A stretch of 40,398 nt of DNA from Armatimonadota bacterium (GTDB taxonomy: Bacteria > Armatimonadota > Armatimonadia > Armatimonadales > Armatimonadaceae). Numbering within the stretch: position 1 is the stretch's first letter; the number at the start of each line of letters is the position of its first letter. Below are positions 21,138 through 29,900 of this stretch, piece after piece. The DNA is taken from positions 1 through 40,398 of the forward strand of contig JAYUUO010000113.1 of NCBI GenBank assembly GCA_043754515.1, given 5' to 3'. The translations under genes were made by a program, and so were the position numbers. The notes under the pieces are model-generated. The model saw nothing but the letters and a program-made list of their open reading frames with translations. It did no database searches and was not told where the DNA came from.

Positions 21138-22676
21138 ATGCCAACTCCACCCCGACTCCTCCTCGTGCTAGGCGATCAGCTCTCACACTCCTATATCGCC
21201 GACACTCTCGACGCGGTACCCGGTACCGACGTGATCCTGATGGCCGAGTCCGCCGACTTCGTGAAACGGCAGCCGTACCACGCGCAAAAGATCGTGTTGG
21301 TCTGGTCCGCCATGCGCCACTTCGCGGCGGAACTGACCGCGCTCGGGCATACCGTGGTCTACGTCCGGCAGGAAGAGGATCGCCGGTTCCGCGACGCGGT
21401 GGTCGAGACGGCGCGGGCGCATGACTTGAACATGGTCGCGTTCGTACGCCCCCGCGAAAAGGCGACCCGGCGGGACCTGCTCAAGTTCCTCGGCGAGGCG
21501 GGGCTGACCGCCGATGAGTCTCCCGACCCGCTCTGGTACACCGCCCCCGAAGCGTTCGCGACGTGGCTAGCCGCGCGGAAGTCGCCGAAGATGGAGGACT
21601 ACTACCGTGATGTGCGCAAGCGGTTCGGAATCCTGATGCGCGACAAAACCACGCCCGAGGGCGGCGAGTGGAATTACGACAAGGAGAACCGCAAGCCGTT
21701 CCCGAAGCGTCACGAACCCGTCTCGCCATTCCGCGCCGCCCCGGATGCCACCACCCTTGAGGTAATGGACACCGTGCGCGGCATGACGGCACCGTTCGGG
21801 CTGTACGGCTCCGTTGACGGCTTCTCGGCACCGGTCACGCGCGCGGACGCCGAGGCCGCGCTGACCTTTTTCGTCACCTATTGCCTGCCCGCGTTCGGGC
21901 CGTACGAGGACGCGATGACGACGCGGGACGATTTCGGGTTTCACTCGCTCCTCTCAATCCCGATGAACCTGTCGCTGTTGTCGCCGCGCGAGTGTATCGC
22001 CGCCGCGCTCGCCGCCTACGAAAAGGGGGACGCGCCGCTCAACTCGGTCGAAGGGTTCGTGCGGCAGATCATCGGCTGGCGCGAGTTCATGTATCAGATG
22101 GGCGAGTCGTTCCCCGGCGACTACCAGACCACGAACGCGCTCCACCACACGCGGCCCCTCCCGGCGTGGTACTGGACGGGGGACACGAAGATGCGCTGTC
22201 TGCGGCACGTCATCCGGCGCGTGCTAGAAAACGGCTACTCGCACCACATTGAGCGGCTGATGGTGCTCGGCAACTTCGCTCTTTTGTACGGCGCGGATCC
22301 GCACGCGCTCAACCGCTGGTTCTGGAGCCTGTATTTGGATGCGTACGAATGGGTCGTGACGCCGAACGTGGTCGGGATGTCTCAGTGGGCGGACGGCGGC
22401 TGGGTCGCTACCAAGCCTTATGTTTCGAGCGGGGCGTACATTGACCGGATGAGCGACTACTGCGGGGACTGCGTCTACAATCCGAAAGAGTCGGTCGGCG
22501 AAACGGCGTGCCCGTTCACGACGCTGTATTGGTCGTTCCTGATCGAGCACGAGTCATCGCCGCTCTCGAATCGTATGACGCAGAACCTGTTCGGACTGAA
22601 GAACAAGACGCCGGAGGAGCGCACTGCGATCCTCGGACGGAAGGCGGTACTACTCCAGATGGCGGAAGATTTATAG
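21138..22676 (+). CDS. Cryptochrome/photolyase family, FeS-BCP (PhrB/CryB-type (6-4) photolyase)
   Basis: 'LVLGDQL', 'HAQKIVL', 'PEGGEWNYDKENRK', 'FGPYEDAM', 'EGFVRQIIGWREF', 'YSHHIERLM', and Fe-S cysteines in 'MRCL', 'SDYCGDC', 'ACPF'. The true start is ATG 21138; the upstream ORF extension only reads through the repeat element. Confidence 0.93.
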   Translation: MPTPPRLLLVLGDQLSHSYIADTLDAVPGTDVILMAESADFVKRQPYHAQKIVLVWSAMRHFAAELTALGHTVVYVRQEEDRRFRDAVVETARAHDLNMVAFVRPREKATRRDLLKFLGEAGLTADESPDPLWYTAPEAFATWLAARKSPKMEDYYRDVRKRFGILMRDKTTPEGGEWNYDKENRKPFPKRHEPVSPFRAAPDATTLEVMDTVRGMTAPFGLYGSVDGFSAPVTRADAEAALTFFVTYCLPAFGPYEDAMTTRDDFGFHSLLSIPMNLSLLSPRECIAAALAAYEKGDAPLNSVEGFVRQIIGWREFMYQMGESFPGDYQTTNALHHTRPLPAWYWTGDTKMRCLRHVIRRVLENGYSHHIERLMVLGNFALLYGADPHALNRWFWSLYLDAYEWVVTPNVVGMSQWADGGWVATKPYVSSGAYIDRMSDYCGDCVYNPKESVGETACPFTTLYWSFLIEHESSPLSNRMTQNLFGLKNKTPEERTAILGRKAVLLQMAEDL

Positions 22677-22798
22677 GCCGCGCCGCTTGGGGGACGGGCC
22701 TGAGGAATCGTTCCTCTCCCCCGGTGCGCGGTGGATCAGACGCGGTCTAAGGCGGTTGCGGTTTGACGCGCCCCGGCTCATCGTGGGAGAATGACGCC

Positions 22799-24916
22799 AT
22801 GATTACCGGACTGAACGCAACCATCCTGCGCGACGCATACGGGGTGCCGCACATCTTCGCGGGCACCGAGGCCGACGCGCTGCGCGGCTTTGGTTACGCG
22901 CAGGCGGGAGACCGATTGACCGCGCTACTCGCGCACTACCTCGCGGGGCGCGGCGAGGCGGCGTCCGTGCTTGGCGCGGCGGTGCTGGAACGCGACGTTG
23001 CCGTTCGCGCTTTTCGTTTGCCCGAGATCGCCGCGAGCCGCTACACCGACCTGCCGCCCGAACTCCGCGTCGGCATCGAGGCGTTCGCGGACGGCGTGAA
23101 CCGCTACCAGTCCGATCACCCGGAGAAGTGTCCTCCGTGGGCGTTCGTCGTCTCGCCGACCGATGTCGTGTCGCTCGCACTTACCTACAACCTGTTCTTC
23201 GCCACGGATCATTTCGAGACCGACGACCCTGCTGAGAATGTGTCTCCCCACCCGACATCCGGTAGCAACGGCTTCGCGGTCGCGAAACAGCGGACGGCGA
23301 ACGGCAACGCCCTCGTCTCGCTCGACCCGCACCTGCCGATTGACGGGTTCCTGCGCTGGTACGAGGCGCGTGTGAGCGGGGGCGCGATGGACGTGTACGG
23401 CGTCGCGTTCGTCGGCACGCCTTACATGGCGATGGGCACGAACGGGCGCGTGGCGTGGGCGAACACGGTGAACGCGCCCGACCTGTCCGACCTGTACGAG
23501 ATCCGGTTGCGGGATGATCCAGGCAAGCCGCTCGCTTACGAGTACGACGGCGGAACGCGCCCGTGCGACGTTAGGACGTACGCGTTCAGTGTCCGGCATG
23601 GGGATGGCGTGCGCTCCGTCCGACAGCGAATCGTCTCGACGCACCACGGCCCTATACTCAGACAGGTCGCGGGGAAGCGGTACGCGGTGCGAAAGGCGGG
23701 CGTCGGTGACGTTCAAATGCTGACGCAGGTGCGGGCACAGTGCCTCGCGGGCGATGTAGAGGAGTACCGCGCCGCGCTATCGGGGTGTCACCTGGTGATG
23801 TTCAACCATCTGTTCGGCGACGCGAAAGGCGACATCGGCTACGTTTCGGCGGGAGCCGTGCCGCGCCGCCCGCTCGGCTACGATTTCCACGGCCCCGTCC
23901 CCGGCTGGACATCGGCGACCGAGTGGGGCGACAACCTGACGATTGACGAACTGCCGCAGGCGATCCGCCCACCCTCCGGCTTCGCCCAGAACTGCAACGA
24001 CTCCCCGGCACACTGCGGCGCGGGTACGGAGATGCAGGTCGGCCCGCCGTATCCCGAATGGCTCGCCCCGGACGTGCGAACGTTACGCGCGGACCGGCTT
24101 TTTGACCTACTCCGTAACGGCGGGGTGATGACACCCGAAAGCGCGATGGAAACGGCTACCGACTGCGCCGACCTGAATGCGCGGCGGGAGTTGGCGGCGT
24201 TGTGCGATCTCTCGCGTGATCTCACCCCCCCTACCCCCCTCTCTGGAACGGAGAGGGGGGAGTCGATTGCCGGAGGCGTGCGGCTCGCGGGGGCAACCGA
24301 CGCTGCAAAATTCTCCCCTCTCCGCGATGGAGAGGGGAGTAGGGGGGGTGAGGTTCCGGGCGAGGTTCTCCGGCTCTGGGACGGCTCCCTTCGTAGCGAT
24401 GCCAAAGGTGCTACCCTCTTCCACGCCTGGCTCCAGCAACCGTTCGTACGAACACGTCTGCCTGTCGGCGGCTACCGCGCGGCGGACTACGCCACTGTCG
24501 CGCCGCTCGCCGAACGGTTCCCGGACGAATGCGCCCGCGCGCTCGAAGACGCCGCCGAATGGCTCCGCGCGTACGGCTACCCGCTCGACGTCGAGTGGGG
24601 CGTAGTACACCGGTTGCGGCGCGGCGACATTGACTTGCCCTCGGATGGCGGGCTGGACTCGCTCGTCCCGAACGGCGGGCGTATAAACGAGGCGGACGGT
24701 GTGACAACGGTCTCGTTCGGCTCGTCCTTTCGGTGCGTGGTCGAACTCACGCCGGAGGGTGTTCCCCGGATCTGGGCCTGCCTGCCATGGGGGAACTCCG
24801 ACGACTCGAAATCGCCGCACTACGCCGACCAGTTGCCGCTCGCGGCGCGGCGCGGCTACCGCGTCGTGCCATGGACGCGCGAAGCCGTAGAAGCCGAAGC
24901 GACGGCTCGATTATGA
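22799..24916 (+). CDS. Penicillin acylase family (S45 Ntn-hydrolase)
   Basis: 'RDAYGVPHI', 'GFGYAQAGDRL', catalytic 'GSNGFAV', 'DPHL', 'QNCND', 'GNSDDSKSPHYADQ'. Confidence 0.9.
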   Translation: MITGLNATILRDAYGVPHIFAGTEADALRGFGYAQAGDRLTALLAHYLAGRGEAASVLGAAVLERDVAVRAFRLPEIAASRYTDLPPELRVGIEAFADGVNRYQSDHPEKCPPWAFVVSPTDVVSLALTYNLFFATDHFETDDPAENVSPHPTSGSNGFAVAKQRTANGNALVSLDPHLPIDGFLRWYEARVSGGAMDVYGVAFVGTPYMAMGTNGRVAWANTVNAPDLSDLYEIRLRDDPGKPLAYEYDGGTRPCDVRTYAFSVRHGDGVRSVRQRIVSTHHGPILRQVAGKRYAVRKAGVGDVQMLTQVRAQCLAGDVEEYRAALSGCHLVMFNHLFGDAKGDIGYVSAGAVPRRPLGYDFHGPVPGWTSATEWGDNLTIDELPQAIRPPSGFAQNCNDSPAHCGAGTEMQVGPPYPEWLAPDVRTLRADRLFDLLRNGGVMTPESAMETATDCADLNARRELAALCDLSRDLTPPTPLSGTERGESIAGGVRLAGATDAAKFSPLRDGEGSRGGEVPGEVLRLWDGSLRSDAKGATLFHAWLQQPFVRTRLPVGGYRAADYATVAPLAERFPDECARALEDAAEWLRAYGYPLDVEWGVVHRLRRGDIDLPSDGGLDSLVPNGGRINEADGVTTVSFGSSFRCVVELTPEGVPRIWACLPWGNSDDSKSPHYADQLPLAARRGYRVVPWTREAVEAEATARL
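24221..24352. repeat. 132-bp palindromic element inserted in frame in the acylase CDS
   Basis: Terminal inverted repeats CTCACCCCCCCTA / TAGGGGGGGTGAG. Each half has its own CCCCTCTC...GAGAGGGG hairpin. Encodes LTPPTPLSGTERGE...SPLRDGEGSRGGE. Confidence 0.85.
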
Positions 24917-25676
24917 GCAAGCCGTACGACGCGGCGACGAAAGCCCTGATCCGGTTCCGTCCGCGCGACTGGCTCGCCTTCCTCGGCTTCGACCCGACGC
25001 TACCCGTCATCGCGCGGGATACCGACCTTGCCACGGTCAGTAGCGCGGCGGACGGCGTTTACGAGGTCGGCGGCGACGCACCGTTCGCCCTGCACTTCGA
25101 GTGGGAGGTGGGACACACCGGCAGTCAACTGCCGGGCCGATTACTCGCTTACAACGTCACGCTCTCCGACCGGCTAGGACTGCCCGTTCGTAGCGTCGCG
25201 GTGCTACTCACGCCGGGGGCGGATAGTCCTGCTCTGACCGGCGTTTTGGAGAAACGGCTTCCCGACGCGACGTTGTTGCTGGGTTTTTACTACCTGGTCG
25301 TGCGCGTGTGGCAGATCGCGGCGGAGCAGTTCCTCGCCGCTGGTCTCGCTCTGCTCCCGTTCGCGCCTATCGCGAAGGTGACGGCTGCCGCCCTGCCGAA
25401 CGTGGTGCGCCGCGTCGAAGCGCGACTGGAGGAGGCCGTCACCTTCGCGATGGGCGCGAAGAGGGCATCGAATTGGTGCGCCAAGAAGGGCACCAGACGG
25501 GGTGCTAGGAGGGGGAACGTGCTCTCATCCTGCGTATCGGGCGGAAGCGGTTTGGGGAGCCGAATCCTGGCATGATCGAGCGACTGAATCGGGTGAGCGG
25601 CGTTCCGGCACTCGAAGTATTGTCGGATCGCCTGCTCGCGGTCGAGTCCTGGGAAGAGTTGCTTCCCGACTCGTAG
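24913..25676 (+). pseudogene. Rpn/YhgA-like PD-(D/E)XK protein with DUF4351-like tail; internal deletion, frameshift and amber stop
   Basis: Starts 'MSKPYDAATKAL...ADGVYEV...HFEWE...LLAYNV'. Shifts frame near 25441-25443 into 'LRDGREEG...C*EGERALILRIGRKRFGEP...SWEELL', with TAG at 25506-25508 and a final stop at 25674-25676. Paralogous to 32009-32908. Confidence 0.8.
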
Positions 25677-25936
25677 TCCCCTCTGTTCGCGTCGTTCCAT
25701 GAGATCACCCGGCGGCGGGTGAGCCGTCTGGAGCGTGCGAGAGGCGAGCGAGCGCGACCGTCTCTGGCCCGGCAAGACGGCCGGGATAGGCCGCGGGAGT
25801 CGGCGCGGCGGGCTGTTCGAGGTGTCCACCGTGTTCCGGATACCGGCTGGTAGCGGCACGGGTAGTGTGTAGATCGCATCGTCCCGCACGTGTGCCGCCC
25901 CGCCTAGATATAGGATAGATATAGGACACACGTTCT

Positions 25937-26548
25937 CTAGCTGTCCAGTAGCCTCTCCGCCTCCTCCGGGGCATATAGGGAGCGCACCCGATTTATCCAT
26001 ATCTGGGTCTTCGCCTTCACCATCTCCAGACAACGGCCGTCGCCGCGCTTGCCGACCACTCCCTCGAAGGTGACGCCGCGCAACGCGTTGTTTCGCACCC
26101 TTTCGACAAATCCCGCGTCCCAGACGCGCTCGCCGAGATACGCCGCGTGCGGCAGATGTTTGAACAGTTTCAGGAAGGTGTCGGGGCCGAGGATGCCGCG
26201 CTTGTAGGGCGCGGCGTCGAAGAGCGAGAGGACGCGCGGCTCCCCGGCGACATGTTGTCCGGCGAGGCTACCCGGTCCCCAGTATTCGGCGAAGACGACT
26301 ACGCTCGGCCAGCGGTTATCCGTGGCGATTCTTTCGAGCGGTTCCGCGAGCGTGTTCAGGAACAGCTGCTTCGCTGGTCCGAGGGTCGGGTCGGTCTCGT
26401 CGAAGAGGCGCGTCCGGGAGCCGAATTTGTACCAGCCCTGCCCCCGGCTCCACTCGAAGCGAAGGTTACTGCCGTCCAGCTTGTCGAAAATCGCGAACCG
26501 TTCCCCGGCGAATGGGATGATCCGGGGGATGGCGGGGTAGGTTTTCAT
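25937..26548 (-). CDS. Minimal ATP-dependent RNA ligase-like nucleotidyltransferase (Rnl2-like adenylation domain only)
   Basis: Motif I 'FDKLDGSNLR' (KxDGxN), III 'VFAEYWG', IIIa 'LFDA', IV 'FEGVVGK', V 'VKAKT'. GGAGG SD. Confidence 0.8.
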   Translation of the reverse strand: MKTYPAIPRIIPFAGERFAIFDKLDGSNLRFEWSRGQGWYKFGSRTRLFDETDPTLGPAKQLFLNTLAEPLERIATDNRWPSVVVFAEYWGPGSLAGQHVAGEPRVLSLFDAAPYKRGILGPDTFLKLFKHLPHAAYLGERVWDAGFVERVRNNALRGVTFEGVVGKRGDGRCLEMVKAKTQIWINRVRSLYAPEEAERLLDS

Positions 26549-26647
26549 GAAGGTCCTCCGCGCGGTCGGGAGCGGAAGCGAGCCTACAGCAAAACTCGTG
26601 ACCGCCCTCGAGCGCGCCCTTCCTTATCGCGGCGTGGGTTCCCGCCG

Positions 26648-26902
26648 CTAAAGTCGGGTAGAAGCGGCACAGATGGGGAGGGAATGAGATGCCGTAGCCG
26701 GGAGCCATACCACCGCGTTTGTTACTTCATGGATAGGCGTAGCGGCAAGGCTAGCCGGAGACGCGTTCGCTGGACCCGCTCGCGCCGCCGAACCAACACC
26801 GTCACGGAAGGCGCGGGGGTACCCGTCGTGCCTCCCGCAACTGGTCAAGGGAGCTAATCCGATAAGAGTGAGAAGCACTATATAACTCGATTTTATGGTC
26901 AT
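26648..26902 (-). CDS. Putative small lipoprotein (possibly a remnant)
   Basis: 'MTIKSSYIVLLTLIGLAPLTSC' resembles a signal peptide II with a lipobox. Starts 40 nt after the helicase stop. Confidence 0.4.
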   Translation of the reverse strand: MTIKSSYIVLLTLIGLAPLTSCGRHDGYPRAFRDGVGSAARAGPANASPASLAATPIHEVTNAVVWLPATASHSLPICAASTRL

Positions 26903-26942
26903 GTCTTCATCCTTTCCGGCACTTGGATGGAACGCAGTTCCC

Positions 26943-29900
26943 TCAACTGGCGAACACCTGCCCCGCCTTTTCGCGTAGCGTTCCGCTCCCGAGCAGCCCA
27001 GCGACAACCGCGTCTATCGCGGGCTTCGCCTCCGCCGTGATCCGCTCGATCCCGAATAACTTCCCGACATAGCGCGGGATCTCCTCCCGCGCGATGCCGT
27101 ACGAATCGCCAACCACTCGGGCGGCGGCGGCGGCCACCTCCTCCGGGGCGATCTGATCCAGTTGCCGGAGCCGCGCGGGGCAGGCGGCGCGGTCGCGGAG
27201 TGGCGGCGACTGCATTCCGGGTAGCCACAAGAACTCACCCCGCCGACAGATGCGCCCGTCCGCGACGGCGAACGTGCAACCACTTTCGACGGCAACGCGG
27301 AACTGCCGGGTAACGCGCCCGACCGACAGCGCGACCGCGATGCGCTGGGCGACTTCGGCGACGGACACGGGACTCTCCACCGCGACCACCGCTACGACTA
27401 AATCGGATACCCCCAGCGGGGTCAACTCGCTAATGTGGTCGGCCATCACCGGTTCCAGCCGCGCCATGATGTAGGGTTGCGGCGGGACAACCTCCCGGCT
27501 CTCTTCGACGCGGATAATGACCGAGGGCGGTGCCAGCGGGGGCGGCTCGGGGGCCGTCCGCTCGTTCTCCCGCGCCGCGCTGATGGCGGCCGCCACGGCG
27601 TCGCGTAGCCGCGTAGCCTCTGCCGCGCGACGGTGGAACCAGTCCGTGCTCCAGATCCGGTGCAGACGCCAGCCCATCCGCGTCAGCACCGACTCGCGCA
27701 ACCTGTCCCGGTCCCGCGCGGAAAGCGCGCTGTGGTACGTCGCGCCGTCGCACTCGATCCCGAGAATATAGCGTCCAGGGTGCGCCGGATCGCGGACGGC
27801 GATGTCAATGCGGAAGCCCGCGCAACCCATCTGCGGCTCGACGTCGTAGCCCACGGCGACAAGCTCCGCGATGACCTCGCGCTCGAACGGCGAGTCGGGC
27901 GCGAGTCCGGTCGGGACGGATTGTGACAGCGCGCCGTCGCGAGCGTAGGCGAGGAACTGCCGGAATACCTCGACCCCCTTCGCGGACGAGCGGGTCAGGT
28001 CAATGTCCCCGGCTAACATGTTCGTGAACACCTCGCACCGCAACCGGGCGCGGGTGATGAGCACGTTCAGGCGACGCTCGCCGCCGTCGCGGTTAAGCGG
28101 CCCGAAGTTGACGCCGAATCTGCCGAACGCGTCCCGCCCGTAGCCGACGCTGATGTAGATCACGTCCCGCTCGTCGCCCTGCACATTCTCCAGGTTCTTG
28201 ACGAAAAACGGCTCGCGCGACGCGCGGTCGAAGAACGGCTCGCAGTCGGGGTTCGCCTGCCGCTTCAACTCGACCTGGAGGAAGATCTCCTGCATCTGCG
28301 CCATGCTGAACGCCGCTACACCCAGCGTCAGCCACTCGGAGCGCGGGTGGGCGATCTGGCCCCGCGCGTGCGCGATCACCGCGTCCGCCACTGCCTGCGC
28401 CTCCTTGCGGTTCGTCCCGCTCCTGCCCCGGTCATACACCGTGTCCGGTAGGTAGCGCAGTACCAGCCCCAGATGCTCCCGCGAGCCGTCGGGGCTGGGA
28501 AATATGACCAGATTGTTGTCGTAAAACTCCTGGTTCGAGACCGCGATCAGCGACTCATGGCGGGAGCGGTAGTGCCACTTGAGCATCCGGCTCGGCGCGC
28601 CTCGCGAGGCGAACAGGCCGAGCACGCTCTCAATGTCATTGGTGCCGCCGCCTTCCTCCGTCTCCTCGTCGTCGTCCATGGCGAGTTTGTCGAAGAAGCT
28701 CGACGGCGGCAACTGCTTGCTGTCTCCGACCACCACCGCCTGTCTTCCGCGCAGAAGCGCGCCGAACGCGTCCACAGGCTTGACCTGGCTCGCTTCGTCA
28801 AAAACGACCAGGTCGAACCGTAGGTGGTTCGGTGCCAGGTATGTCGCCACCGAGAGCGGGCTCATCATGAACACCGGCTTGATCGTCTGGATCGCGTTCC
28901 CCGCCTCCTCCATCAGACGGCGGATGGGGAAGTGCCGCGTCTTTAGCTCGAACTGCCGCGTTAATATGCCGAGTTGTCCCTGCCCGCTCGAACGCGGTAA
29001 AGAGTCCCAGTGCTGCTTCGCCAGTAGCACCCGGTTGTTAAACAGGAACCGGGTATCGAGCGCACGGAACTTTGCCTGCGTCTGCTCCTGCGCGACGCCG
29101 TTGAACGAGGACAGCGCGGGACTCGCCGCGTACGCCGCGCGGAGCAAAGCCGCGTACCAGACGTTACGCAGGAGTGTCGTCAGGGCGCGCGCGGAGTACT
29201 CCCAGTGGAGAGCCGCGTCCGTGAGCGGAGCGAGTCCTTCCGCCGCCATCTGCTTCTGTAGCTGGTTGAACGTCGTTATTTCGGAGAGCCGGTCCACATT
29301 CCCCGCCCACTGCGTAAGCGTCGCTTCCTGCGTCGCGAACGGCTCCGCTTCCAGCCCCGGTGCCCCGGCGGCAGTGCTCTGCCATTCGAGAACGCGCGTC
29401 GCCTCGCGCGCGGCGGTGCTGGCGGCGGCTGACGCGGCGATGGATTGTCGCGCCAGGGTGTGCGCCGCATCCAAGCGCGGGCTTCCGGCGAGGAAGTCCA
29501 GAAACGCCTGCGGCAGTTTGTGGTCGCCGACCTCCCGGTGCAACTCCGTAATCCAGTCGAATAGTTGGCGAAGCACCGGCCATTTCGAGGCTTCTCCCTG
29601 CCACTGCGCCCCGAACAGGAGTACACCCAGCGGCTCGCCGGGCGCGAACTCGGCCTTCGCGCGCCGGTATTCCAGGATGCCGTCGAGCAGTTCCCGGGAG
29701 TGGTTCCAGTCTTTGGGCGCGACGCCGCCCGCGCACAGGAGCGATAACTGTTTCTGTGCCGCGCGGAAGTCGCCGTCCACGAAGCGGTACCACTTCGCGC
29801 CGTGCGCGACCACCGCCTGACGCGCGGCGAGTACGTCGGTGTCCCACGCCTTCGGCACGAGGTCGGCACCGAACCGCGCTTTCAAGGCACTCATCCGCTC

